DNA of 32,000 nt from Candidatus Bathyarchaeota archaeon (GCA_021161255.1 JAGHAZ010000044.1:1-32000); one strand, 5' to 3'; shown: positions 17,777 through 26,138, counted from the stretch's first letter. Made by a program: numbers and translations. The notes: generated from the letters alone by a model not told the origin.

Positions 17777-17839
17777 ATATTGTTCTCTGAAGATTTATAT
17801 CTGAAAGGGTTCCACATGTTTAGTTTAGGGCTGGGTTAG

Positions 17840-18979
17840 GTGTTTAGATCCATGCATTTAATGGATATGCTACAGCAGGTCTCAGGCGCCGGTACGCAAG
17901 GAGACTTACTTGGATTAGTCTTTCAAGCTATATTCATAGCTCTGTTCCTCTTCAGCATACTTTATGGTCAAAAGTTTCAGATCTGGGTTATGCTTAGGAA
18001 CGTCGAGATAGGTTTACGTAAGATCAAGAGGATGAGGGATGAGGCTAGGCAGACGATCCTCGAGACCATTAAGGTGCTTTCCAACAAGCCTGGTCTCGAG
18101 TCTGAGGTCGACAGATTACTCGAATACTTCTGGATAGAGCCTACGTCTTTAGACCCGTTCGGTATAGTGGGTAAGATCGAGCACATCCTCGACACGAGGG
18201 AGGAGAGGCTTAGATGGGAGATCAAGAGCCTTATACCGGGCGTAGATGATGCTCGACTTAGAAACCTTGAAGGGCTTCTCGAGGCCGGTAGCTCTCTAGA
18301 CCGGATGTATAGGGAAATCAGGCACTACTACTTGTTAGGTAAGAAGACTATGAGCCTCTTCGTGATATATCAGGCTGACGCCATCCTGCCTATGGTTCTT
18401 CAAGAGGCAAAAGCCCTGTTGGCCGCTGTTAAAGCGTTCAGGGACGGGCAACCGATAGGCGACGGAGCAGGAAGCCTCGTCGCGGCTAGGTTCATGTATG
18501 GTGCTGAGAAGAAGGTTATAGCCGAAGACACAGTTATGGCCGAAGTCGAAGTGGATAATAGGAGGCTCATAGTCATCAAAGCACTCGGGCCTGGTGGTAA
18601 TATAGGTAAACCAGGGGAGGCGGTTGAGAAGATCTTGAGTAATAGGGGTGATGTGGTGGCTATTATAATGGTTGATGCCGCGTTGAAGCTTGAAGGTGAA
18701 AAGGTAGGTGAAGTCGCTGAGGGCGTAGGTGCAGCTATAGGCGGTATAGGTGTCGAAAAATTCAAGATCGAGGAGGCTGCCAAAAAGTTCCGTGTTCCTC
18801 TCTACGCAGTCGCTATCAAGGAGTCTGTGTACGATGCGATATCTCCCATGAGACGTGAGATTTACGCAGGTGTCGAAAGGGCAGTCGAGAGGGTTAGACG
18901 TCTTATAAGAGAGAAGACGAAAATAGGCGACACCGTTTTACTGGCGGGGATAGGTAACACCTTAGGGATCGGGCAGTAG
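17840..18979 (+). CDS. DUF1512-family archaeal protein (N-terminal TM helix, unknown function)
   Basis: 379 aa with one N-terminal TM helix (LLGLVFQAIFIALFLFSILYG) and a soluble body. Family assignment is from memory and not verified. Confidence 0.5.
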   Translation: MFRSMHLMDMLQQVSGAGTQGDLLGLVFQAIFIALFLFSILYGQKFQIWVMLRNVEIGLRKIKRMRDEARQTILETIKVLSNKPGLESEVDRLLEYFWIEPTSLDPFGIVGKIEHILDTREERLRWEIKSLIPGVDDARLRNLEGLLEAGSSLDRMYREIRHYYLLGKKTMSLFVIYQADAILPMVLQEAKALLAAVKAFRDGQPIGDGAGSLVAARFMYGAEKKVIAEDTVMAEVEVDNRRLIVIKALGPGGNIGKPGEAVEKILSNRGDVVAIIMVDAALKLEGEKVGEVAEGVGAAIGGIGVEKFKIEEAAKKFRVPLYAVAIKESVYDAISPMRREIYAGVERAVERVRRLIREKTKIGDTVLLAGIGNTLGIGQ

Positions 18980-18988
18980 GGGGGATGG

Positions 18989-19372
18989 GTGAGCATGCCT
19001 ACTAGACGGAGCCTTGCGATATTGGCTGCTGTGGCGCTTATAACAGTGCTCATGGTCTTAAGCATAGGCTTCCTCGTTCAGGCTTATAGCGCATACATCG
19101 GTGGTTATAGGGAAATTGCCCTGTACTATTTTATGACGGGTTTGATGGGGCTTGCACTATCCGTATATACACTGGCTCAGACCGTTCTCAGGAGACCGAG
19201 AATACCCACATCCAAAGAATACAAGGTTCACACGATTATGCACTGCCTTAGATGCGGTTTTAGAGACCTCAGGCCTTTCAGGAGAGGGGACTACGTACTA
19301 GGTCCCGGAGACAACTGCCCTAGGTGTCTGACACCGATGGTGATACTCGCTATATACAGAGAGGGAGAATAG
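18989..19372 (+). CDS. Small membrane protein with C-terminal zinc ribbon
   Basis: Two predicted TM helices are followed by CLRCG ... CPRC (four Cys). It starts 10 nt after the DUF1512 gene. Confidence 0.5.
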   Translation: MSMPTRRSLAILAAVALITVLMVLSIGFLVQAYSAYIGGYREIALYYFMTGLMGLALSVYTLAQTVLRRPRIPTSKEYKVHTIMHCLRCGFRDLRPFRRGDYVLGPGDNCPRCLTPMVILAIYREGE

Positions 19373-19373
19373 G

Positions 19374-20183
19374 CTATTCCAAGAAGCCCGTGAGTTCTAT
19401 GCACCCATCCTCTGTTATGAGGATGGATTCCTCGGCTTGAGACACCAAGCCTCCCGCGGCCTCTCTTAAGATCCTATAGCCTCTTACAATCCTAAGCCTC
19501 TTCACGGTCTCCCATGCTCTTACAAGCTCTGGCTTTAAACCCATTTTTTTAAACCACCGTTCTGTGAAGGGTAGGCCTCTGAACTTAAGCCACAGATTCT
19601 TCAGAAGCATATCCGCGTATCGGTCTCGGACTCTCTTATAGGATATGCAACGGTAGATCGTCGGAGCGCCAACTTCCACTACGAGACCCCTAGCCTCCGG
19701 CGTCGTCATGAACGGTTCGACCGCGTACACCCTATAAGGCTTAAACTTTCCGCCGTAAGACGGGACGTTAGGTATCGAAAGCCCTGCGTGCAGGTTGTAT
19801 CTAGCTATTTCGTGACCCGACAGGTTTCTTATAGGTTTCAGGCCATAAGATTTGGCTGTTTCAAACACAACCCTTCCGACCTCCGAGACGTTAACTCCGG
19901 GTCCAGCAGCCTTCAAAGCCCTTCTCAAAGCCTCCTCGGCGGCTTCCTTGAGAAACGTAAGCCTATCGTCCAAGACAACCGTCACAGCCGTGTCGACCGG
20001 GTATCCATCGACCTGAACCCCCAGGTCCACCTTAACAACCGAGTCCTCAGGGATCTCAAGCGTATCACCGGGTTTAGCCGTGTAATGCGCAGCCACATCG
20101 TTAATGCACACGTTGCAGGGGAAGGCGGGTTCACCACCCATACGTCTTATGTAATCCTCCACCCGTTCACAGAGCTCTAACAC
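19374..20183 (-). CDS. map: Methionine aminopeptidase, type 2 (archaeal)
   Basis: Contains GGEPAFPCNVCINDVAAHYT, VKVDLGVQVDGYPVDTAVTV, NLSGHEI, YAVEPF and the C-terminal EESILITEDG. The conserved N-terminal helix (ALKRFEGFFKAGEIARGARRFAASLVESGVS) is encoded in frame upstream (to about 20262) but has no ATG/GTG/TTG. Confidence 0.85.
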   Translation of the reverse strand: MLELCERVEDYIRRMGGEPAFPCNVCINDVAAHYTAKPGDTLEIPEDSVVKVDLGVQVDGYPVDTAVTVVLDDRLTFLKEAAEEALRRALKAAGPGVNVSEVGRVVFETAKSYGLKPIRNLSGHEIARYNLHAGLSIPNVPSYGGKFKPYRVYAVEPFMTTPEARGLVVEVGAPTIYRCISYKRVRDRYADMLLKNLWLKFRGLPFTERWFKKMGLKPELVRAWETVKRLRIVRGYRILREAAGGLVSQAEESILITEDGCIELTGFLE

Positions 20184-20663
20184 ACTGACACCGCTCTCTA
20201 CGAGGCTGGCTGCGAACCTCCTTGCTCCACGGGCTATCTCACCGGCTTTGAAAAACCCTTCGAACCTCTTTAAGGCCAGGGCGCATCTACCTCGCTTTAA
20301 TCAAGAGAGGCAGGGTTAATAAAACCTTGCTGGAGAGAAGCCAGGTTTTTAGATACCTCTTCCATGGAGCCGGCGTCGGTTAAGGTTTTATGTCTCAACT
20401 GGGTGTCTGGTATCAGGCTGGTTCGCCGAGTTGGACCTGAAAACCCTGGAACGACTTAGAGAGTTGCTGGAGTAAATTAGGTTTAAGCCGTTGTTCCTTC
20501 CTCTAGTCTCCGAGAGGCTCTCAGATCTATTGAAGCTAGACATCGTCGAAGAAGAGTAGTGAGGGAGCCCTATAGCCAACGTTTCTTCCTCTGGACTTTC
20601 TTGCAGAGCCGTCAGTTCGAGGAAACATGCTGTTCTCGTGTATAGGTGCTGAAAATAAGGAAG

Positions 20664-20878
20664 TCACGTTTCTCTAAGTATGTCTGCGGAATCGCTGTCT
20701 GCTCGTACTCTGTTTAAGTCTTTGTCATACTCCATGAGGTCTATTCGCACGAAAGAGTCTACAAGCTTAAGTAATAGAGTCTCAGAGACGTTTAAGGCTT
20801 TACAGAGCTCACGTAGACTATGCCATTCGCCGTCAGAGAGAAATTTAAGGAATTTATACGCTTATCTCTCTCGTGCAT
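20664..20878 (-). pseudogene. Possible small winged-helix protein remnant (frame-disrupted)
   Basis: The ATG at 20878 opens MHERDKR.., which stops after 27 codons. The adjacent frame reads YKFLKFLSDGEWHSLRELCKALNVSETLLLKLVDSFVRIDLMEYDKDLNRVRADSDSADILRET with no start codon. The frame switch would fall near the A3 run at about 20853-20857. Confidence 0.3.
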
Positions 20879-20954
20879 AGATATCACGTAAATCCCCCTA
20901 AAATTGTTGCATTTCCATTTAAACAGGGAAAATTTAAAAAGAAGGGGAGGGGAG

Positions 20955-21512
20955 TTAAAGCACTTCAAATACGGTTCTCGAACCGTTTTCGGTGAAGTAT
21001 GTAAGTCGACTTGTAGGTCTTACATAGTCGAAGAGAGGTCTATCAGGTTTCCATCCTTTCTCTAACGCCAAAGCCACCATACCTATCATAGCTAGAGGAT
21101 CTAAGTCGCCGGAATGTCTACGATGTAGATTGAGAGCACTATATATTCTAGACGCCAGCTTATATCCTTCGATAACAAAGTCAACCTCACCGGATGCAAC
21201 GCTTCGGTATACTTGAAGCACATGTGTAGGAGCAAATACGCTTCCGGTTAACCCTTCGAAACGGCAGTGCTCTACTAGGCGGCTATTCCTCAATATCGAC
21301 ACACAGTCATCTACACCATTAAGGTTTAACAGCTTAGTCTGCTCTAGCAGATAGGTCAGAGTTCTCGCATAATTACCTAGAAGCCGTGTCTGGGCCATGC
21401 CTAATGCTTGTGTTAAAACCCTTGCCATAGTATGACTGTGCAGTATGAAAAGCTTCAGGGCGTTTATATTTAGACCATGAAAGGAATCTTGGGAAACCAG
21501 ACTATGGACCAA
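20955..21512 (-). CDS. Hypothetical 185-aa protein; second gene of a two-gene cassette with an RHH protein; weak HEPN-like R-x-H motif
   Basis: Intact ORF whose start overlaps the upstream RHH gene by 11 nt. Codon usage is AT-richer than the surrounding genes. The N-terminal half looks helical and contains LRNSRLVEH, reminiscent of the RNxLVH (Rx4-6H) motif of DUF86/HEPN RNases. I recognise no family with confidence. Confidence 0.55.
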   Translation of the reverse strand: MVHSLVSQDSFHGLNINALKLFILHSHTMARVLTQALGMAQTRLLGNYARTLTYLLEQTKLLNLNGVDDCVSILRNSRLVEHCRFEGLTGSVFAPTHVLQVYRSVASGEVDFVIEGYKLASRIYSALNLHRRHSGDLDPLAMIGMVALALEKGWKPDRPLFDYVRPTSRLTYFTENGSRTVFEVL

Positions 21513-21789
21513 GAATCCAACCTCCTTTAAGCCGAGAGCCGTAGGAATTCGAGACGACTCTTTGTCTCAATTCCTCCTCCCCTTCTACCCTAGAACCGTC
21601 TGAATTTAATGGAATTTCCACGTTGAAGTCAAAGCTCAGATTACCCGTTTTCCATGCCACTATAAGTATTCTCAAAAAAGTCTGGATACAGCCTTTTCCC
21701 TCCAAGCCTAGGCTCTTACAAAGTTCTAGAAGATCTCGGTACTCTCTTTCACTAATTTTAATAGTCTTCCAAAAAGACATACCTAACAC
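21502..21789 (-). CDS. Ribbon-helix-helix (CopG/Arc-like) DNA-binding protein, candidate antitoxin or regulator
   Basis: KTIKISEREYRDLLELCKSLGLEGKGCIQTFLRILIVAW fits a strand-helix-helix pattern. The probable start is ATG at 21780 (MSFWKTIKI). Confidence 0.55.
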   Translation of the reverse strand: MLGMSFWKTIKISEREYRDLLELCKSLGLEGKGCIQTFLRILIVAWKTGNLSFDFNVEIPLNSDGSRVEGEEELRQRVVSNSYGSRLKGGWILGP

Positions 21790-21994
21790 CTTCCTGAGGA
21801 TCTCTTAAACAGGTACCTCTTCCGAGAAGAAGAAACCTTGAGAGACCCTAGAGGGATTTCTAACGTAATTTTATTTAAGCCTTATGGTTACTTTATGTAT
21901 ACTTACAAGTTATCGAATTTAATTTATTTCCCGTAAAAACATATATACCGGGTTTTTCTTGTTAAACTCGATATGCTTTATATTTGTTTAATAG

Positions 21995-22270
21995 GTGCAT
22001 ATTATGGGTCGCAAACATTTAAGCATTAGATCCGATGTTTGGGAAAGAATACAAGAGTTTTTCACCCAGCATGAGGAGGTTCTCAAGGGGCTTAGAATTT
22101 ATAACCCCACAGGCCTCATAGAGCTGGCTGTCTTAGACTGGATGGCCTTTTTCGACGAATACGTAGAACGGTTCGGTCAAACGCCTAGACTGCTTTCCAT
22201 ATTAACAATAAATGCTATCGCTAGGATGGAAAAATCCACGAAAAGCAAAGAAGAGGACACCTATCAGTAG
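21995..22270 (+). CDS. Second small RHH-like protein, divergently transcribed
   Basis: RKHLSIRSDVWERIQEFFTQHEEVLKGLRIYNPTGLIELAVLDWM fits a strand-helix-helix pattern. A TATA-like element (CTTTATATTT) lies about 25 nt upstream of the start, which suggests a leaderless transcript. Confidence 0.5.
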   Translation: MHIMGRKHLSIRSDVWERIQEFFTQHEEVLKGLRIYNPTGLIELAVLDWMAFFDEYVERFGQTPRLLSILTINAIARMEKSTKSKEEDTYQ

Positions 22271-22291
22271 ATAACTATTTTCTCAACTGAG

Positions 22292-22326
22292 AGCCTCCTC
22301 AAACGGGAGTTGTCTAAGAGGAGGCT
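22292..22326. terminator. Hairpin (9-bp stem AGCCTCCTC/GAGGAGGCT) followed by a T-rich tract, between convergent genes
   Basis: The stem arms are at 22292-22300 and 22318-22326. They are followed by TTTGGGTATTTT. Confidence 0.35.
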
Positions 22327-22336
22327 TTTGGGTATT

Positions 22337-23181
22337 TTAAGCAACCCCTCCTACTAGGCCGTGAATAGGAATAGAGTTTAAAGCCAGAAGAGACCTTACC
22401 ATTTCCCTTTCGACAGTGCTGTACTCCCACGGCGACTTGCTGAAAGAGTAGTATCTAACAGGCTTGTATCCATGATCGTCGAGCCTATCGACCGCTGAGT
22501 AGTACATCTGCTTAAACTCCCTCATACTCGGCTACTCTGGAATCCTTCCCCGCCGCATGAGGCTATACATCGGCCTGTACGGGACTCCCAAATCCTCAAC
22601 CCAGCTTTCAACAGTCTGCCTAGGTATCATAAACATCCTGTCTAGGTTAACGTTCTCAAAACCCGCCTTCTCGACGTTCTCGATCGCGTCTATAGAGTCT
22701 TCCACGCTATGTCTTCTACCAAGCGTACGGAGGTCTTCTCTGAAGAAGGACTGGACACCTATGCTAAGCTCGTTAACACCCGCCTTTCAGGATTAGCCTC
22801 GATCCCGAACGATAAGCCTTTACAAAGGTCGAACCACTCGCCTAAAGCTTCTAAAACCCTCTTATAGAACACGGGGTCTGGAAGGCTTGGTGTACCTCCC
22901 CCTACATGGATATCTGTGATCCTTAGCTCAAGATCCTTGAGAAGCCTCCCATACATCCCTACCTCCTCGATAAGGGAGTTGCAGTAACTTTCCATTAGAC
23001 TGGGCTTCTGAATATACCTCACATATGGGCAGGCGGGGCAGAGTTCGGTACAGAAGGGGAAATGTATGTAGACGCTAATATCCCTACCGACGAAACCGCT
23101 TCTTACCAGGTCTCTAGTAGCCTCTTCCCCCTCCTTCCTAAACGTCGCTTTGAAAGCTCTCAGCAAAGAAGCCTCGAACAC
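22337..23181 (-). pseudogene. HemW/HemN-like radical SAM protein, decayed
   Basis: Fragment 1 (22759..23181) has the CxxxCxxC cluster motif (FCTELCPACPY), GGGTPS and IEANPE. The sequence then jumps frame, with about 12 expected residues missing, into AGVNELSIGVQSFFREDLRTLGRRHSVEDSIDAIENVEKAGFENVNLDRMFMIPRQT. A third frame (22337..22525) carries the C-terminal HemN-like part (YYSAVDRLDDHGYKPVRYYSFSK). Confidence 0.75.
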
Positions 23182-23280
23182 CGAAAGCGTTCTTATCGAG
23201 TATCATAGTAACACTAATTTAATTAATAAAGCCATAGAACGAGAGATATAGATGCATCGAAGGGGCAGGTAGAGGATGAA

Positions 23281-24363
23281 ATGTTGAAGAACGATAAGCT
23301 CCCCAGCTTATCGTACAGGGAAAACTTTCTTAGAGCTGTTGAGTTTAGGAACCCGGAGTTTATACCGTGTAGAATCTACGTGTCATGGCCGATATGGAAT
23401 ATTTATAGAGATGAGCTTGAGGAACTTGCTTCAAATCACCCGCTAATTTTCAGAGGCTTCAAACCCGGCTCTATCACGTACAAGGGCGAGCCTAGGGTTC
23501 TAAGGTCGGATAAAACCCTCATAGATCCCTTCGGATGCGTCTGGGCTTTTCCGATAGAAGGATTGCAGGGGCAGGTCGTTAAACATCCGTTGGAGAATTG
23601 GAGCAGGTTAAAGGAGTTCAAGCTACCGGACCCTGAGAAAGGCGTTCCGGTCGAAGGTGGCAACCTCACTCCTTGGAGCCGAGTCTACGAGGAATTAGAG
23701 AGAGCTAAGGACGCCGGCGAACCTGTGATAGGCAGTATGCCCCATGGATTCTTCTTCCAGAGACTATACTACCTCAGGGGGTTCACCAATCTTATGAGGG
23801 ACTTTATACGTAAACCTGCTCAGATATATGAGCTAGTGGATATGCTAACCGAGTACAACTTAGCCCTGGTCGAGAGGTTTCTACGGTTTAAAGGCTTAGA
23901 TATCCTATCGTTCGGCGACGACCTAGGTTTACAGGATAGAATGCCTATAAGCCCCCTAGCGTTTAGGGAGTTCATATACCCGGGCTACCGGAGGATATTC
24001 CAGAGGGTTAGGTCGGCTGGAGTCCACGTATACCTTCACAGCGACGGTCATGTGATGGAGGTCGCGGAGCAGCTTATGGAAGCCGGCGTGGATATTCTGA
24101 ACATCCAGGATCTGGTTAACGGCGTCGAATCTATAGCCGATGTTTGCAAAGGTAGAGTTTGCATAGACTTGGACATCGATAGGCAGCGTATAATGCCTTT
24201 CGGAACTCCTAACGAGGTGAGAGGTCACATAGAGCGCGTGGTTAAGACCTTGAGCCTGAGAAAGGGAGGCCTCATGCTTATAGCAGGCATATACCCGCCG
24301 ACACCCTTCGATAACATAAAGGCGCTGGTCGAAGCGATGGAAAACAATATGTGGCTTCGCTAG
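23281..24363 (+). CDS. Uroporphyrinogen decarboxylase (URO-D) family protein of uncertain function
   Basis: The TIM-barrel URO-D-like core is present (FGDDLGLQDRMPISPLAFREFIYPGYRRIF, VYLHSDGHVMEV, GVDILNIQD). It lacks the HemE N-terminal RQAGR motif and the HxCG zinc motif of MtaA/MtbA. Confidence 0.75.
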   Translation: MLKNDKLPSLSYRENFLRAVEFRNPEFIPCRIYVSWPIWNIYRDELEELASNHPLIFRGFKPGSITYKGEPRVLRSDKTLIDPFGCVWAFPIEGLQGQVVKHPLENWSRLKEFKLPDPEKGVPVEGGNLTPWSRVYEELERAKDAGEPVIGSMPHGFFFQRLYYLRGFTNLMRDFIRKPAQIYELVDMLTEYNLALVERFLRFKGLDILSFGDDLGLQDRMPISPLAFREFIYPGYRRIFQRVRSAGVHVYLHSDGHVMEVAEQLMEAGVDILNIQDLVNGVESIADVCKGRVCIDLDIDRQRIMPFGTPNEVRGHIERVVKTLSLRKGGLMLIAGIYPPTPFDNIKALVEAMENNMWLR

Positions 24364-24507
24364 GCGCTTAAAGAGACTGATAAAGCTCCCCCTTTAACGG
24401 TCGCAGCTGTTTAAATACTTTCACTTGGGTCTCTCTTCTATGGAGTGCATAAGCGTAAAATAGAGCCATGGAAAACCCCCTGGAAATAGGCTTATTTCAG
24501 AGAAAGA

Positions 24508-24581
24508 TGGGCCCGCCGGGATTCGAACCCGGGACCTCCGGCTCCGCAGGCCGACGCGCTATCCAGCTACGCCACGGGCCC
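24508..24581 (-). tRNA. tRNA-Arg (anticodon GCG), no intron, CCA not encoded
   Basis: The reverse complement folds as a cloverleaf: GGGCCCG TG GCGT AGCTGGATA GCGC G TCGGC CTGCGGA GCCGG AGGTC CCGGG TTCGAAT CCCGG CGGGCCC A. Confidence 0.95.
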
Positions 24582-24673
24582 TGCTACTATTTGGAGCCGA
24601 ACCCTCTATTAACGGTTTCCGGCTTTATGCCTTGAGGCTTAACCCCCCAGAGAATATAGATGTCAGATGGAGG

Positions 24674-25024
24674 TTAGGAGTATTCTCTCCACACGTATCC
24701 GCATCTTTTACACTTGAAGAACTGGGTGGGGGCTTCGTCTGCGCTTCTGGTCTGGATTATCCACCAGTATGCCTCCCCGTATCCGCATTTTGGACACTCG
24801 ACCTGTGTGGTGGGTAGCGTGGATATCTCACTCTCCTCACCCGTCAGAACCGTTAATACTTCCCTACGGGTTTCAGGAGAGACCTCGTATTTGGCTTGTA
24901 GAACCTTGGTCTTCTTAAACTCCTCATGACCACACTTCGGGCAGATAAGCTTTACACCGCCCTCAACCCGCTTAACCCTCATTCTAGTTCCGCATTTAGG
25001 ACAGAAGTCCAAAAGACCCCTCAT
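24674..25024 (-). CDS. tfs: Transcription factor S (TFS / RNA polymerase subunit M)
   Basis: Has an N-terminal zinc ribbon (CPKCG...CPKCG) and a C-terminal TFIIS-type ribbon with the acidic loop QTRSADEAPT and CKRCG. Confidence 0.9.
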   Translation of the reverse strand: MRGLLDFCPKCGTRMRVKRVEGGVKLICPKCGHEEFKKTKVLQAKYEVSPETRREVLTVLTGEESEISTLPTTQVECPKCGYGEAYWWIIQTRSADEAPTQFFKCKRCGYVWREYS

Positions 25025-25036
25025 CTAAGATGAATA

Positions 25037-25468
25037 TCACCTAAACTTAAACATTTCTTCTAAAGCATTCCTGAGTTTTAAGGCCACTTTCAGGGCTTCA
25101 GGCTCCGGAAAAGTCTTAGAAGTCACCTTTAAAACCCTAAAAGCAATCTTCTCCTCTATGCCGTAGACCTTAAAGCTCCTATCCGGGTTTAAGAGGATGA
25201 CGGGTATACCTGTCTCATTCCAGATCCTTCTGCAGTCAAACCCGTCCTCGGCTCCACAGACGATCACCCTGAGCTGGGGATAATGCTTACTCTCCATTAT
25301 CAACTTAGGGAGACCATAGGCCTCGACGTCGTCTCGTCTGAAGTAGAGGACGCCATCCATGAAAAGCCCTCCCCTGTAGACTACGCCTAGAACGTCCTGT
25401 CTCCGTCTGACATGAACCTTTGTTAAGCCGAGAACCCGGATCTCTCTTTTAACAGTCCTCACCTTCAT
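25037..25468 (-). CDS. DUF99 (UPF0215) family protein
   Basis: IRVLGLTKV...VLGVVYRGGLFMDGVL...QLRVIVCGAEDGFDC...TGIPVILL fits the DUF99 pattern as I remember it. Confidence 0.65.
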   Translation of the reverse strand: MKVRTVKREIRVLGLTKVHVRRRQDVLGVVYRGGLFMDGVLYFRRDDVEAYGLPKLIMESKHYPQLRVIVCGAEDGFDCRRIWNETGIPVILLNPDRSFKVYGIEEKIAFRVLKVTSKTFPEPEALKVALKLRNALEEMFKFR

Positions 25469-25820
25469 AGCCCTTCAACGCCTCCATAACGGTCTTCAGG
25501 AGGTTTGTAAACGCATCGATTGGATTATCAACATCTCCAGCGAGAATCTCGACGCAAGAGTCGGTCGTTACAAATCCCCTAAGCCATGCATAAGCTATTA
25601 GGGCTTCTGCGTAGTCTCCCATGGTCTTCCTATCAACCCTTCGAGGTAGAAGTTCGCGGAGCTTAGACCTTCTAACGGCCTCGGCTAAGGCCTTATTTCC
25701 TACCTTTAAACCCATAGGCCTGCCATATCTTCTCGTAGCAGCAAGGCTATAGAGGAAGTTCACGAGGGAATCTCCGAACCCGGCTAACCCCCTGTCTCTG
25801 AGAAGCTCTTCAACTTTCAA
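25449..25820 (-). CDS. Small RNase III-like domain protein (archaeal, uncharacterised)
   Basis: LAGFGDSLVNFLYS resembles the RNase III / Mini-III signature (LAxxGDxxxxxxxx), and AEALIAYAWL resembles the second conserved helix. The assignment is tentative. Confidence 0.4.
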   Translation of the reverse strand: MKVEELLRDRGLAGFGDSLVNFLYSLAATRRYGRPMGLKVGNKALAEAVRRSKLRELLPRRVDRKTMGDYAEALIAYAWLRGFVTTDSCVEILAGDVDNPIDAFTNLLKTVMEALKGYEGEDC

Positions 25821-25832
25821 CGGTAACCATTC

Positions 25833-26138
25833 TTAAGATTTGTTTTCCCACCGTTTAAGGGCTTCGAGGAACATGGTCTCAAGTTCCCCTAACCGATTCT
25901 TCAACGCTTCGACGCCTGTTTTTAGAACGTCTCTCAGTTCGTTTCCAGGCGTGACCCTGAGGGTAAACGTCGCTTTAGATATCAAGGGATGTGGAACGTT
26001 ATAGCCTACGAACTCGACCCTCGGGTCGTCCACAAAGATGTCCTGTAAAGCACTTAGAAATGTGTATCCTTCTCCCTCGACCTCAAGCTTGACCTCTCTA
26101 TCCGTAAATCTCAAAACGCGAAGCTTCAAATCAACCAC
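25833..26138 (-). CDS. rpoL: DNA-directed RNA polymerase subunit L (Rpo11)
   Basis: Size fits, and the pattern VKLEVEGEGYTFLSALQDIFVDDPRVEFVGYNVPHPL matches Rpb11/RpoL. It sits in the conserved position next to csl4. Confidence 0.8.
   Translation of the reverse strand: MVDLKLRVLRFTDREVKLEVEGEGYTFLSALQDIFVDDPRVEFVGYNVPHPLISKATFTLRVTPGNELRDVLKTGVEALKNRLGELETMFLEALKRWENKS

Noticed and set aside
20388-20880. ORFs 20388..20579 (-) and 20680..20880 (+).
   Set aside because: Both are Ser/Arg-rich with no motifs. The 20680..20880 ORF is antisense to a more plausible but broken wHTH-like reading. The region is better described as gene remnants.
20351-21826. A 10-nt direct repeat TACCTCTTCC (20353-20362 and 21813-21822) as possible att sites of the AT-rich patch.
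   Set aside because: Many 10-mer matches are expected by chance in a 32-kb window. The right copy lies inside the patch rather than at its edge, and there is no adjacent integrase or tRNA.
22557-22796. Plus-strand ORF of 79 aa.
   Set aside because: It is antisense to the middle fragment of the HemW-like pseudogene, whose minus-strand translation matches radical SAM motifs (GVNELSIGVQSF).
24364-24673. tRNA-Arg as an integration hotspot, with possible integrase remnants next to it.
   Set aside because: No repeat of the tRNA 3' half was seen elsewhere in the window, and the flanking 100-150 nt contain no integrase-like reading frames.
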